This document shows positions 21,923-32,983 of a stretch of 64,000 nt of DNA, one piece after another. Position numbers and translations under genes: made by a program. Position 1 is the stretch's first letter, and each line of letters begins with the position of its first letter. Where the stretch lies: contig WLWY01000001.1 of NCBI GenBank assembly GCA_012103325.1, positions 1,153,653 through 1,217,652 on the forward strand, in the 5' to 3' direction. This DNA is from Alphaproteobacteria bacterium (GTDB taxonomy: Bacteria; Pseudomonadota; Alphaproteobacteria; UBA8366; GCA-2717185). The notes below the pieces were generated by a model. That model worked only from the letters and a program-made list of their open reading frames with translations. It searched no databases and was not told the origin of the DNA.

Positions 21923-23218
21923 CTAAGAGACCTTCCCGTACACAAGGTCGGGCAGGAACGTCACAATCTCCGGAAACAGCGAGATCAGCACGATCACCAC
22001 CACATAGGTGAGCAGGAACGGGATGACCGCGACCGATATTCGGTCGATGCCGAGATTCGTCAATCGCGCGGCAACGAACAAATTGGCGCCGACAGGCGGG
22101 GTCAAAAAACCGATCTCGCACGCGATGATCATCAGAATGCCGAACACGATCGGATCGATGCCGACGGACACCGCGATCGGCAGCATCAACGGCGTCAGCA
22201 AGATAATTTGCGCGATGGATTCCAGGAACATGCCCGTAATGATCAGAACAACCGAAATAACCATCAGAAGGATGAAGCTGTTGTCCGTGAAGCCGATCAG
22301 AAATTGGCCGACAAGCTCGGGCACATCCATCAGGCTCATCAACTCGCCGAACGCTTTGGCCGGCCCCACGATAATGAGCACCGCGCCGGAGATCATGGCG
22401 GTGGTCTTCAGGCAGGTCCGAATATCATCCATGGTGAGTTCGCGATAGATGAATTTGCCGACGATGAACGCGTACACCACCGCAACCGATGCGGCTTCGG
22501 TCGGGGTGAAGATGCCGGAATAGATGCCGCCGAGGATGACAAACGGTGCGCCGATCGCCCACTTGCCATCCCACGCCGCGTCCCAAAGTCTGCCGAACGA
22601 GAATGCAATGCCGGTATCGCCGCCATAGCCCCGTTTACGGGCGATCAACCAGGTGCAAAGCAACAGCAGGCTGCTCGCAAGGATGCCAGGAATAACGCCG
22701 GCCAGGAACAGGCGCGGGATCGAATTATCCGACACAATGCCGAAGATGATCATCAGATTGCTCGGCGGGATGAGGCTGCCAAGCGCCCCGCCCGACGCCG
22801 CGATGGCACCGCCGAACGCCGGATCGTAACGCTCGCGGATCATCGCGGGGATCATGACGGAGCCGATGGCCGCCGTGGTCGCCGGACCCGACCCGGACAG
22901 TGCTGCGAAGAAGGTACAGCCGAGAACCGCGACGAGACCGAGGCTACCCTTATAATTGCCGATCATCGATTGGGCGATGGCGACAATCCGTGTCGCCAAT
23001 CCGCCGCGTTCCATTAGCGACCCCGCAAAGACGAACAGGGGAACGGTCAGCAGCGGAAACGGTTCGACGCCGGTATACATCGCCTGCGCGATGGCGACGA
23101 AGGGAATATCGATCAGAAAGTAGCCGACCACGGTCGCGATGGCGACGGCGATGGGAATGGGAACGCCGATGGCGATGGCCAGCAGCAGCGCCCCGAACAT
23201 GAACCATACTTCATTCAT
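21923..23218 (-). CDS. dctM: TRAP transporter large permease subunit
   Basis: 431 aa, polytopic, DctM-like throughout; overlaps dctQ. Confidence 0.85.
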   Translation of the reverse strand: MNEVWFMFGALLLAIAIGVPIPIAVAIATVVGYFLIDIPFVAIAQAMYTGVEPFPLLTVPLFVFAGSLMERGGLATRIVAIAQSMIGNYKGSLGLVAVLGCTFFAALSGSGPATTAAIGSVMIPAMIRERYDPAFGGAIAASGGALGSLIPPSNLMIIFGIVSDNSIPRLFLAGVIPGILASSLLLLCTWLIARKRGYGGDTGIAFSFGRLWDAAWDGKWAIGAPFVILGGIYSGIFTPTEAASVAVVYAFIVGKFIYRELTMDDIRTCLKTTAMISGAVLIIVGPAKAFGELMSLMDVPELVGQFLIGFTDNSFILLMVISVVLIITGMFLESIAQIILLTPLMLPIAVSVGIDPIVFGILMIIACEIGFLTPPVGANLFVAARLTNLGIDRISVAVIPFLLTYVVVIVLISLFPEIVTFLPDLVYGKVS

Positions 23219-23738
23219 GGATCGAGACCTCGCCGTCGCGCGGTTCCATTAGCGGTTCGTCGAAGCGGATCCAGCGGTAATAGACTTGAATCAGCCGCAG
23301 GGTCATCAGACCAAAGCCGAACACCAGGCAGAGATAAGGCCATTTCTGCGCGATGCCGAGCACCGGCGACTCGAACGGCAGCGTCCACATGGAAAGATGA
23401 AGAAGCAGACTTTGATAGGTCAGGAAAATGGCGAAGATGAACCAGATCAGATCGCTGAACATCGTCATGGCGGTCGACATCTTGCCGGGAAACATCTGGA
23501 CCAGGTTCATCACCCGGATATGCGCACGCTCGCGCACCGCCCAGGACGTCGACAGATAGACCGACCAAAGCATCGCGTAGACGGCAATTTCGTCGGACCA
23601 GGACATCGGCGCGCTGAACACATAGCGCATGACGACCTGGAGAAAGACCAGAACGGTCATCACGACGACGCAGATACCGGCGATCACTTCTTCCGCACGG
23701 CTTTCAAGGAATGTCCAGATTCGGGCCGGTAAAGACAT
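23211..23738 (-). CDS. dctQ: TRAP transporter small permease subunit
   Basis: 175 aa with four transmembrane helices; positioned between dctP and dctM. Confidence 0.8.
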   Translation of the reverse strand: MSLPARIWTFLESRAEEVIAGICVVVMTVLVFLQVVMRYVFSAPMSWSDEIAVYAMLWSVYLSTSWAVRERAHIRVMNLVQMFPGKMSTAMTMFSDLIWFIFAIFLTYQSLLLHLSMWTLPFESPVLGIAQKWPYLCLVFGFGLMTLRLIQVYYRWIRFDEPLMEPRDGEVSIHE

Positions 23739-23845
23739 GCTTCTACCTTCGCGCGACGATCCGCCAAGAATGCATTAAAGAGCCGGCGCGGCGCCCCTGC
23801 AACCTGGGACACCGCGCCGGAACGCGTTGGTCTTGAAATTAGACC

Positions 23846-24838
23846 CTAGTTCGCTGCGTCGTTGATCGCCTTGATCAACTCCACATAGGCCGCACCCCGT
23901 TTCGCGGCAAAGGCGTCATGCACTTTCGCCGCAGCCGAGATAAACGGCTTCTTGTCCGGCTCGGTGAATTTGACACCAGATGCGATGAGCTTTTTCTTGA
24001 CGCCCGCAAGACCGGCCAGCGTGTGCTCGCGCGCCGCGGCAGCCGCGATATCGGCGGCCATTTGCATGGTTTCTTTTTGTGCCGGCGTCAGCTTCTGCAT
24101 GAACCTGTCGCTGACGAAGAACGGCGGTGCGAGCGCGAAATGCCCGGTCATCGCGACATGTTTCGCAACTTCATGGAATTTCTGCGCATAGATCACGTCG
24201 ATCGGAAGATCGCCGCCATCGACTGTGCCCGTCTGAACGGCCGTCAAGGTTTCCGACCAGGCCATCGGAACCGGATCGGAACCAAACGCCTTGTAGGTGT
24301 CGACCATGACGACATTCTTCGGCACGCGATATTTCAGCGGCGCGAAATCGGCAATGTTGTTGATCGCCTTTTTGGTGTTGTAGACGTGGCGGAACGAAAC
24401 CAAAGAAATCTTCACCAAGTGAACGCCGGCTTCCTTCGGCATATCGCCCCAGATCTTCTGGCCAACCGGGCCGTCTACGACCTTGATCGCATGCTCGTAG
24501 CTTTGCAGCATGTACGGCAGGACCAGCAGATCGATCTTCGGATAGAACGGACCGGCATTGTTTTGCGCGATCAGCGTGCCGTCCAGGGTACCGAGCTGAA
24601 GCTTTTTGAACATGTCCTGCTCGCCGCCCATCTTGAAGCAGCAATGCACCTTAACCTTGATTTCGCCGCCGGTGAGGTTCGTAAACCGCTCGGCGAACGT
24701 ATTCATGAAGGTCCCGTAGGGGTGCGCGTCACTTGTCGCATAGCCGATATTCATCAGCTTCTTCGCCGAGGCTGGCGCCAAGGCGATCATCAAGGACGCC
24801 GCCGCGATGGCGGCCCCCATTCCAAGTCTTCTTATCAT
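23846..24838 (-). CDS. dctP: TRAP transporter substrate-binding protein
   Basis: Signal peptide MIRRLGMGAAIAAASLMIALAPASA with a DctP-family body. The ORF track extends to 24877. Confidence 0.85.
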   Translation of the reverse strand: MIRRLGMGAAIAAASLMIALAPASAKKLMNIGYATSDAHPYGTFMNTFAERFTNLTGGEIKVKVHCCFKMGGEQDMFKKLQLGTLDGTLIAQNNAGPFYPKIDLLVLPYMLQSYEHAIKVVDGPVGQKIWGDMPKEAGVHLVKISLVSFRHVYNTKKAINNIADFAPLKYRVPKNVVMVDTYKAFGSDPVPMAWSETLTAVQTGTVDGGDLPIDVIYAQKFHEVAKHVAMTGHFALAPPFFVSDRFMQKLTPAQKETMQMAADIAAAAAREHTLAGLAGVKKKLIASGVKFTEPDKKPFISAAAKVHDAFAAKRGAAYVELIKAINDAAN

Positions 24839-24912
24839 AGATAGTCCTCCCTTCGATGGTTGATTAATGCCGGCCAATTATCGCTGGCCGCTAACAACGT
24901 TTACGTTCCTCC

Positions 24913-25983
24913 TCAAACACCACGGCTTGCGCCTTTCGGCGGCGCCGTCGTCTCTCTCACAATCAGTCCAACTTCGAGCTCCGTCATATCCGGTACGGCC
25001 TTGCCTTCGAACCGGGCAAGTAAATATTCCGCCGCCTTGCGGCCCATCAATTCCGACGGCACGGCCATCGTCGTCAGGGGCGGCGACAAATGTGCGGCCA
25101 GCGGCAAATCGTCGAATCCGACGATCGAGACGTCGCCGGGCACGCTCAGTCCCAGCGCCTGACACTCGAACAGTGCACCCATCGCCAGTACGTCATTACC
25201 GCAAACGACAGCCGTCGGCCGCGAATCGGAACCCATCAGGAGCCGCAGCGCCTCCCGCCCTTCGGCCACTTCGTAGCCGCGTTCGATCAACCGGTGCGAA
25301 GGCAGTTCAATATCCCAGTCCGCCAACGCGTCGCGCACGCCGACGATGCGGTCTCGCGCCCGATCGTTATGGGTGCTGATCCCGGCGATCATCGCAATAT
25401 CGCGGTGCCCAATCTCCAGCAGATAACGGGTCAGCCGATACGCGGCGAGCCGATTGTCGAACCCAACGGACGGATGCGGCCCGTCCAGGTGATACGTCCA
25501 GGTGGTAACGTAGGGCAGATCCTTCGCGCGTATCAGCTCGAACACTTCATCGCGATGGCTTTGACCAATCAACATCAAACCATCAACGCCGCGGCTCAAT
25601 AAACTGCGGGCGTGGCGCAGCGCATGATCCGGATCGTATTCGGAAATCGCAATCAAGAGCGTGTAACCGGACTCGTCGAGCCGTTGCTCGAACGCCTGTA
25701 AGCCGGTGGCGAAAATGGCGTTCGACAATGTCGAAATGATCGCGCCAACCGTGCTCGAACGCTGTGATGCCAACGTTCTGGCCGCACCATGCGGCACATA
25801 GCCCACCGCCTCGATCTCCGCCAGAACCCGTTCCCGCAAAGCCGGACTGACATCGCCCGGCCGGTTCAGAACTCGTGACACTGTTGCGGTTGAAACACCT
25901 GTCAGCCGTGCGACATCGCTCAAGGTCGGCTGCCTTCCGGGCCGAACTTGTAAGCGATTACACTGGTCCTTGTCGGGTTTCAT
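24913..25983 (-). CDS. LacI family transcriptional regulator
   Basis: N-terminal helix-turn-helix PTLSDVARLTGVSTATVSRVLN with a periplasmic-binding-protein-like effector domain. Transcribed divergently from the hisD-like/hyu operon. Confidence 0.85.
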   Translation of the reverse strand: MKPDKDQCNRLQVRPGRQPTLSDVARLTGVSTATVSRVLNRPGDVSPALRERVLAEIEAVGYVPHGAARTLASQRSSTVGAIISTLSNAIFATGLQAFEQRLDESGYTLLIAISEYDPDHALRHARSLLSRGVDGLMLIGQSHRDEVFELIRAKDLPYVTTWTYHLDGPHPSVGFDNRLAAYRLTRYLLEIGHRDIAMIAGISTHNDRARDRIVGVRDALADWDIELPSHRLIERGYEVAEGREALRLLMGSDSRPTAVVCGNDVLAMGALFECQALGLSVPGDVSIVGFDDLPLAAHLSPPLTTMAVPSELMGRKAAEYLLARFEGKAVPDMTELEVGLIVRETTAPPKGASRGV

Positions 25984-26108
25984 ATAGACTATCCACAAAG
26001 GACTATTCGTATCGTACTGTTTCTCATTAAAAAATTTTAATTCCTACCTGTCCAGACAAATTTTTCTTGACTTGCACAGGTTCCGCATGGCTCCAATGAG
26101 GTACGATA

Positions 26109-26122
26109 TGTAAGCGCTTACT
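26109..26122. promoter_or_regulatory. Candidate LacI-family operator
   Basis: TGTAAGCGCTTACT matches the LacI/GalR consensus TGNAANCGNTTNCA. It sits in the divergent promoter region between the LacI gene and the hisD-like gene. Confidence 0.55.
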
Positions 26123-26155
26123 TTCATTGCAGTATACGGGGAGTAGCGATACGCT

Positions 26156-27460
26156 ATGGCGATCCAATATTTAAAACGAGCGGCAAAAACATCCGCGACC
26201 GGTGAGGACGAAACCCGCCAAATCGTTGCCGATATGCTGGCGGAGATCGAACGCGACGGCGAAAGCGCAGCGCGCGCCTACGGCGTAAAACTCGATGATT
26301 GGGACGGCGATATCGAGGTCGGCTCGGATGCGATTGAAGCCGCTGCGCGCCAGGTTCCGGACCAGCTCAAGGACGATCTCAAGTTCGCCCATGACCGGGT
26401 GCGCGGCTTCGCCGAGCGGCAACGGGCCAGTATTGGCGAATTCGAGGCCGAACTGTCGCCGGGCCTGTGGGCCGGTCAACGCCTGATCCCCGTGCAAACG
26501 GCGGGCTGCTACGTTCCCGGCGGCCGCTACGCCCATGTCGCCTCCGCAATCATGAGCATTACGACCGCCAAGGTCGCCGGCGTCGAAAACGTCATCGCCT
26601 GTTCCGCGCCGAGCCAGGCGCACGGCGGCATTCATCCCGCCATCCTGTACACGATGGATATGTGCGGCGCCGACCACATCCTGGCTCTGGGCGGCGTGCA
26701 GGGTATCGCCGCCATGGCGTTCGGGCTGTTCACGGGCCGCAAGGCGAACATTCTGGTGGGGCCGGGCAACCGCTTCGTCGCGGAGGCCAAGCGGTTGCTG
26801 TTCGGCCGCGTCGGCATCGACCTCTTCGCCGGCCCGACGGAAATCCTGATCATCGCGGACGGGTCGGCGGACCCCGCTATTGTCGCCAACGATCTGGTCG
26901 GCCAGGCCGAGCATGGCCCCGACTCGCCAGCCTGGCTGGTCACGACCGATCACGGTTTGGCGGAAAAGGTCATGGCGCGGATGCCCGGCCTGATCGCGGC
27001 GCTGCCGGAAGTACAGCGTAACGCCGCCGAGGCCGCCTGGCGGGATTACGGCGAGGTCGTACTCTGCGATTCAGCCGAGGAAGCCGCCGCGGCCAGCGAC
27101 GAATACGCCCCGGAACACCTCGAACTGCAAACCACCACCGATTCGTGGTACGTCGAACGGCTGACGAATTACGGCTCGCTGTTCGTCGGCGAGGAAACCA
27201 CCGTGGCGTTCGGCGACAAATGTTCCGGCACCAACCACATCCTACCGACCAAGGGCGCCGGCCACTACACCGGCGGCCTGTCGGTGCATAAATTCATCAA
27301 AATCGTCACCACTCAGCGTATGACCAAAGAAGCCAACGAAGAAGTTGCCGCCGTCACCGCCCGCATCTCGCGGCTCGAAGGCATGGAAGGCCATGCGCGC
27401 ACCGGCGACGTTCGTCTGGCGAAGTATTTCCCGGGAAAGAACTTCGACCTTTCGCCGTAG
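26156..27460 (+). CDS. Histidinol dehydrogenase (HisD) family NAD-dependent dehydrogenase; likely a catabolic paralogue
   Basis: 434 aa, similar to HisD throughout. Its context (TRAP transporter, LacI regulator, hydantoinase genes) argues against a role in histidine biosynthesis. Confidence 0.75.
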   Translation: MAIQYLKRAAKTSATGEDETRQIVADMLAEIERDGESAARAYGVKLDDWDGDIEVGSDAIEAAARQVPDQLKDDLKFAHDRVRGFAERQRASIGEFEAELSPGLWAGQRLIPVQTAGCYVPGGRYAHVASAIMSITTAKVAGVENVIACSAPSQAHGGIHPAILYTMDMCGADHILALGGVQGIAAMAFGLFTGRKANILVGPGNRFVAEAKRLLFGRVGIDLFAGPTEILIIADGSADPAIVANDLVGQAEHGPDSPAWLVTTDHGLAEKVMARMPGLIAALPEVQRNAAEAAWRDYGEVVLCDSAEEAAAASDEYAPEHLELQTTTDSWYVERLTNYGSLFVGEETTVAFGDKCSGTNHILPTKGAGHYTGGLSVHKFIKIVTTQRMTKEANEEVAAVTARISRLEGMEGHARTGDVRLAKYFPGKNFDLSP

Positions 27461-27505
27461 CAGAACCGTATGCCATGCTGACCGCTCGCTTAAGCGGGAA
27501 ACATC

Positions 27506-30500
27506 ATGGCAACGGAAACGCAGCGCTATCGTCTCGGCTTCGATATCGGCGGCACCTTCACCGACTTCGTGTTGGTGGACGCCACGGAAAGCCGCATCCA
27601 TCTGCATAAATGCCTGACGACGCCGGCCGACCCCTCGGTCGGCGCCCTGGACGGCATGACCGAACTGCTGGCAACAGCCGGCATTCCCCTCGCCGCCGTC
27701 GACCACATCGTCCACGGCACGACCCTGGTGACGAACGCGATCATTGAACGCCGCGGCTGCCAGATCGGTTTCCTGACGACCAAGGGCTTTCGCGATACGC
27801 TCGAAATGGGGACCGAGCAGCGCTACGACATCCATGATCTGTTTCTCAAGTTTCCGGCACCGCTGGTCGCGCGGCGGCATATCCGTGAGATCGACGAGCG
27901 TATCGCCTTCGACGGCACGGTCCACACGGCGATGGACAACGATCAGGCGCGCCATGCGATCCACGACCTTGTCGACAACGGCGCCGAGGCCATCGCGGTG
28001 TGCTTTCTGCACGCCTATCAAAACCCGGCGCATGAACGCCGGATACGGGATCTCATCCGGGCCGAATTTCCGGATCTCTCGGTTTCCATTTCAAGCGACG
28101 TGGACCCGGCGCTGAAGGAATTCGAACGGTCGTCGACCACCGTCGCCAACGCCTATGTCCAGCCGTTGATGACGCGCTACGTCGAGAAGCTCCAGACCAC
28201 CTTACGCGAAACCGGTTTCGAGGGACGGTTCCATCTGATGCAGTCGTCCGGCGGGCTGACCGCGCCGGAGACGGCGACCGCGTTCCCGGTCCGCTTCCTC
28301 GAGTCCGGCCCCGCCGGCGGCGCGCAGGCCACCGCCTTCATCGGCGAGGCTATCGGCCACAAGGACATTCTGTCCTTCGACATGGGCGGTACCACGGCAA
28401 AGGCTTGCCTGATCCAGAACGGCAAGCCGGATATCGCGGCGATGCTCGAGGCCGGACGGATACACCGTTTCAAGAAGGGCAGCGGATTGCCGATCCGCGC
28501 GCCCGTCATCGACATGATCGAGATCGGCGCCGGTGGCGGGTCGATTGCGAGAGCCGACTCGTTGGGGCTGCTCAAGGTCGGTCCGGACAGTGCCGGGGCC
28601 GATCCGGGGCCGGCCTGCTACGGCCAGGGCGGCGATGCACCGACCGTCACCGACGCGAACCTGCTGCTGGGCTATCTCGACCCGGACTATTTCCTCGGCG
28701 GCCGGATGACCCTTGACCGCGCCGCAGCAGAAAGCACCGTCGCGCAAATCGCAGCCCCTTTGAAGCTCTCGGCACTGGAAGCCGCCTGGGGCATATACGA
28801 TCTTGTGGCCGAGAACATGGCCGGCGCTGCCCGGGTTCACATCGTCGAGAAGGGCGGCGACCCGCGCCGCTTCGCCATGGTCGCGATGGGTGGTGCCGGT
28901 CCCCTGCATGCTGCCCGTGTCGCGCGTAAGCTTGGCGTTTCGAACGTCATCGTGCCGCCGGCCTCGGGCGCCGCCTCCGCACTCGGCTTCCTGGCCGCAC
29001 CGGTCGGTTACGAAATTTCCCGCTCACTGCCCATGGCGCTCGACCGTGCCGACTTTGCGGCAGCGAATGCCGCTCTGGCGGAAATGGAAACGGCCTGCCG
29101 CGCACGGTTGCTGGAAGCCGGCGGCGGCGAGGACAGCATCACGGTGGAACGCTTCGCCGAGATGCGCCTGCAAGGACAGATGCACGAAATTACCGTGCCG
29201 CTCCCCGAAGCGCCGCTAGATGGCCAATCCGTCGCAACGCTGTCCGCAACGTTCGAAGAAGAATACACAAGGCTTTTCACCCATCTCTATGACGGCGCTC
29301 GCATCGAAATCATCAATTGGCGGCTGCGCTGCACCAGCCCGGCCCCAATACTGTCGACGCGGATGGAGAGCGAAACGACCGTAGACGCAAAAAAGGGAAC
29401 GCGCCAAATCTATTCCCCGGAGGCACGCCGCATGACCGAAGCGTCGGTCTATGACCGTTATGCCTTGCAGCCGGGCGACACGGTTCCCGGCCCCGCCGTA
29501 ATCGAAGAGCGCGAAGCCACGACCATCGTGCCCACCGATGGTACGGTGACCGTCGACGCCGCGCTCAATTTGCAGCTTCACCTGGACCCGGCGCAGGACG
29601 CCGAGATCGTTATCGCGTCCGACACCGCGCTCGACAAAGCCATTGCGCGGATCGAGGCCGATCCGATCGGGTTCGAGATCATGTGGAGCCGGCTCATCAA
29701 CATCACCGAAGAATGCTGGCATACGGTGATCCGCACGGCCTTCTCACTGATCATCGGAGAGGCACAGGATTTCGCCTGTGAAATTCTAGACGCCAAAGGC
29801 AATCAGATCGCCCATTCCCCGCGGGCGATGCCGGTGTTCAACCTCACCCTGCCGGTCGCGGTGAACGCGATGATCGAACGCCACCCGCCGCAGACGCTGG
29901 TCGAGGGGGACGTGCTGATCACCAATGACCCCTGGCTTTGCGCCGGTCACCTGTTCGATATTGCTATCGCCGTGCCGGTGTTTCGCGAGCGACGGATCGT
30001 CGCTTTCGTTGGCATCGTCGGGCATGTCGCCGATATCGGCGGCACGACGGACAAGCTGAACGCGCGGGAAATCTACGACGAGGGCATCCAGATTCCGCCG
30101 ATGAAGCTGTTCAAGGCAGGCGAACCCAACGAGGACCTGTTCCAGCTTCTCGGCGAAAACATCCGCCGGCCGGATCAGGTGCTGGGCGATGTCCATGCCC
30201 TGGTTGCCGCCGGCGTCACCGGCGCGAAGCGCATCAACGAGTTCATGGAAGAATACGGGATGCACGACCTGGAGGCACTGGCAACGGTCGTTCAGACCCG
30301 CGCCGAGACGGCGATGCGCAAGGCGATCAGCGCACTGCCGGACGGCGTCTACGAGCATGTCGTGCAGGGCGACGGGATCGACGAGGTGATGACCTACCCG
30401 ATCAGCGTCTCGGTTCAGGGCGACGAAATCGCCGTCGATTTCGAGGGCGCACCGCCGCAGACCGAGCGCGGCGGCAGCAATTGCACGCTCAGCTACACGA

Positions 30501-31384
30501 TGGCGCACGCGACCTATCCGCTGAAATGCATCCTCACCCCGGACGTGCCCGGCAACGCCGGATGTTATCGGCCGATGTCGGTCACCGCACCACGCGCCAG
30601 TATCTTCAATTGCGAAAAACCCAAGGCCGTCGATACGCGCGTGCGCACCGGCTGGTACATCGCGCCCAATGTCTTCGGCGCGCTTGCCGATGCTGCCCCC
30701 GATAGGGTCCAGGGCTTCACCGGCATCCCGTCGAGCGCCCTGTTTCATGGCGTCGGGGCGGCTGGCGTGTACTACAGCGATCATCTGTTTCAGGGCGGCG
30801 GTCAGGGCGCGTCGGATCAGGGCGACGGCAAATCGGCGCTGCTCTACCCCACCAGCGCCGCCAACACCTCGGTCGAACTGTTCGAAACCCGGGTGCCCGT
30901 GCTGGTGATCGAGAAAGCCTTCCTGTCCGACAGCGGCGGCCCCGGCCGCAAGCGCGGCGGGCTGGCGCAAATCGTCGCCACGCGAAAACTGAACGACGAT
31001 GGCGAGGCGTGTCAGGTCGGCCTCTATCCCAATGGCGTGAAAGCCCCGATGGCGGGCCTGTTCAGCGGCAAACCGGGCCGCGCGGGCCAGGCGTTGGTAA
31101 CGGAAAGCGACGGTACGAAAACCGACCTCGGCGTTGGCGCCTTGACCCGGCTGATCCAGACGGACCAAAGAGCGGACCTCTTCCTCGCCGGCGGTTCCGG
31201 TTTCGGCGATCCCTGGACCCGGACGTATGACGAGGTTCAGCGCGACCTCGATGAAGGATACATTTCAGCGGATGGCGCGCGTCACGACTATGGCTGTGTC
31301 GTCGAAGCGGACGGCCGGATCGACCAAGAGGCAAGCGATAGCTTGCGCATGAAAAACGTGAAGGTTCGCGAGCCGGCGGAATAG
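27506..31384 (+). CDS. Fused hydantoinase A / hydantoinase B (oxoprolinase-type, HyuA-HyuB fusion)
   Basis: 1292 aa. N-terminal HyuA signature RLGFDIGGTFTDFVLVD. The C-terminal half matches HyuB (FEIMWSRLINITEECWHTVIRTAFSLIIGEAQDFACEILD). Confidence 0.85.
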   Translation: MATETQRYRLGFDIGGTFTDFVLVDATESRIHLHKCLTTPADPSVGALDGMTELLATAGIPLAAVDHIVHGTTLVTNAIIERRGCQIGFLTTKGFRDTLEMGTEQRYDIHDLFLKFPAPLVARRHIREIDERIAFDGTVHTAMDNDQARHAIHDLVDNGAEAIAVCFLHAYQNPAHERRIRDLIRAEFPDLSVSISSDVDPALKEFERSSTTVANAYVQPLMTRYVEKLQTTLRETGFEGRFHLMQSSGGLTAPETATAFPVRFLESGPAGGAQATAFIGEAIGHKDILSFDMGGTTAKACLIQNGKPDIAAMLEAGRIHRFKKGSGLPIRAPVIDMIEIGAGGGSIARADSLGLLKVGPDSAGADPGPACYGQGGDAPTVTDANLLLGYLDPDYFLGGRMTLDRAAAESTVAQIAAPLKLSALEAAWGIYDLVAENMAGAARVHIVEKGGDPRRFAMVAMGGAGPLHAARVARKLGVSNVIVPPASGAASALGFLAAPVGYEISRSLPMALDRADFAAANAALAEMETACRARLLEAGGGEDSITVERFAEMRLQGQMHEITVPLPEAPLDGQSVATLSATFEEEYTRLFTHLYDGARIEIINWRLRCTSPAPILSTRMESETTVDAKKGTRQIYSPEARRMTEASVYDRYALQPGDTVPGPAVIEEREATTIVPTDGTVTVDAALNLQLHLDPAQDAEIVIASDTALDKAIARIEADPIGFEIMWSRLINITEECWHTVIRTAFSLIIGEAQDFACEILDAKGNQIAHSPRAMPVFNLTLPVAVNAMIERHPPQTLVEGDVLITNDPWLCAGHLFDIAIAVPVFRERRIVAFVGIVGHVADIGGTTDKLNAREIYDEGIQIPPMKLFKAGEPNEDLFQLLGENIRRPDQVLGDVHALVAAGVTGAKRINEFMEEYGMHDLEALATVVQTRAETAMRKAISALPDGVYEHVVQGDGIDEVMTYPISVSVQGDEIAVDFEGAPPQTERGGSNCTLSYTMAHATYPLKCILTPDVPGNAGCYRPMSVTAPRASIFNCEKPKAVDTRVRTGWYIAPNVFGALADAAPDRVQGFTGIPSSALFHGVGAAGVYYSDHLFQGGGQGASDQGDGKSALLYPTSAANTSVELFETRVPVLVIEKAFLSDSGGPGRKRGGLAQIVATRKLNDDGEACQVGLYPNGVKAPMAGLFSGKPGRAGQALVTESDGTKTDLGVGALTRLIQTDQRADLFLAGGSGFGDPWTRTYDEVQRDLDEGYISADGARHDYGCVVEADGRIDQEASDSLRMKNVKVREPAE

Positions 31385-31430
31385 GAAAAGGCTGGGCCTC
31401 TCACACACACGGTGAGACGCCCAGCCTTCC

Positions 31431-32570
31431 TTACACCTCCTTTCCGTTGCGCGGCCGAATGCGCACGAGATCTTCGAGAACGCCGTCCATGCCGTTACCG
31501 ACAATGACGTTGCCGACCTTCTCGGACACCTTCTCAAGCGCCTCCAACTCCTTCAGCCGCAAGAGGGTCGGGTTGTCCTCCATCAGCTTCGCGGTGTTGA
31601 GCAGAGAGCGCGTTGCCGCGGTCTCTTCCCGACGCTTGATCACGTTGGCCTGCGCGGTCTTCTCGGCCTCGATCACCCGGTTCATCAACTCCCGCACGTC
31701 GCCGGGAAGGATGATGTCCTTCACGCCGACGGAGGGCACGTCGAGACCGGTATCCACGAGATTGCCGGCAAGTTGCCCGGCAATCGCCGCGTTGATCCCC
31801 TGCTTGTCGCCCAGCACCTCTTCGAGGGTCCGGGTGCCGACCACCTGACGCAGCGCGAATTGCAGCGCCTTGTACAGGTAGTCCTGCAGGTTCGCCGTGA
31901 CGGAGACGGCTGCCTCCGGATCGACAATCCGGTAGACCGCCGTCACGTTCGCCCGCAACCCGATCCGGTCCTTGGTCAGCACCTCCTGGCCGGTCACTTC
32001 CAGCGCCTGGAGCCGCAGATCGAGGATCACCGAATCGACCCGGTGCACCGCCCGCAGGAACGCGTACCGACCCGGTGCGAGTTGCCGCGTGAACACGCCG
32101 TCGACATACAGCAAGCCGACATGGTCGGAAGGCACTTCGACCGGTAGGACGAAGTTGGTCGCCTTCAACCGCATAAGCGGCGCGATCAGCGTTTCCGGCA
32201 CCACGATGTCCTGATCGGCATCGAGGACTCGGACTGCGATATCCCGCAGACCCTTGGCGTAGAACGCCCGTTCCCCCGGCCCGACCAGACCGACAAGCTT
32301 GCCGTCCGCGGAGACCAGACCGAGCTCGTTATCGGCCATGTCCGCCACGACGAAACGCTCGCCGACGATATCCGGATGCGTCAGGTAGAGCGCATCCAGC
32401 AACGGATCGCGCACGGGCAGCCGCGTCATGTCCAACTTCTGGACGAATGTGCGGACCGTCATGTCGCGCACCCGTCGGTACACACCGGGTCCCAGAACCT
32501 TCTGGAAGACCCGGTCGCGGTACTGGAGCCCGAGCTCCGTATCCGCAATCCTTTCAGTCTTGAAAACCAT
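31431..32570 (-). CDS. SPFH/band-7 (slipin-like) domain protein
   Basis: 379 aa. The C-terminal region resembles a band-7 domain with a coiled coil (…VIEAEKTAQANVIKRREETAATRSLLNTAKLMEDNPTLLRLKELEALEKV). Confidence 0.6.
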   Translation of the reverse strand: MVFKTERIADTELGLQYRDRVFQKVLGPGVYRRVRDMTVRTFVQKLDMTRLPVRDPLLDALYLTHPDIVGERFVVADMADNELGLVSADGKLVGLVGPGERAFYAKGLRDIAVRVLDADQDIVVPETLIAPLMRLKATNFVLPVEVPSDHVGLLYVDGVFTRQLAPGRYAFLRAVHRVDSVILDLRLQALEVTGQEVLTKDRIGLRANVTAVYRIVDPEAAVSVTANLQDYLYKALQFALRQVVGTRTLEEVLGDKQGINAAIAGQLAGNLVDTGLDVPSVGVKDIILPGDVRELMNRVIEAEKTAQANVIKRREETAATRSLLNTAKLMEDNPTLLRLKELEALEKVSEKVGNVIVGNGMDGVLEDLVRIRPRNGKEV

Positions 32571-32913
32571 AGGTCTTCTCCTTTTCTACGCTTCACTTCA
32601 ACGGAACCAAAAAGTTCCAAACGAATTGCTTTAAACGGGGAAACCGGAAGGAAACCGACACGAACGGTGCGGGTCGTGACGTCCATGCGTCCCACTCTCA
32701 TGAGAAGGGTTGAGGGTTCCGAACCGAATTGACCCGGCGTGCCCAACCTTTCATCGATGGAAGCGGAAAGCATGGAGATGTACTGGCGCTGAGCGCCGCC
32801 ATGCCTGATCTGGTCTGCCATGCAGCCGAAGCTGCAAAACAAACGCAAATCTGGTTTCCTTCCGGCGCCCCAATATTGTGACTGTCTAAAAGTCAGGAGC
32901 GATTTTCAGTCGC

Positions 32914-32983
32914 ATTGATGGAGGGAATCGAACCCTCGACAGCTGAAGCCTAAGTTCAGTGCTCTTCCTCTGAGCTACATCCG
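32914..32983 (-). tRNA. tRNA-like element (class I, anticodon UAG) with imperfect acceptor stem; possible pseudogene
   Basis: D-arm, anticodon arm (CTGAA-CTTAGGC-TTCAG) and T-arm (GAGGG-TTCGATT-CCCTC) are canonical. Acceptor pairs 2:71 and 3:70 are mismatched, there is no CCA, and the variable loop is short despite a Leu-type anticodon. It abuts the CCA of the neighbouring tRNA. Confidence 0.45.

Noticed and set aside
21620-23017. 465-aa plus-strand ORF rich in His/Arg/Asp
   Set aside because: It is antisense to the dctM permease gene; a low-complexity translation of a GC-rich reverse frame.
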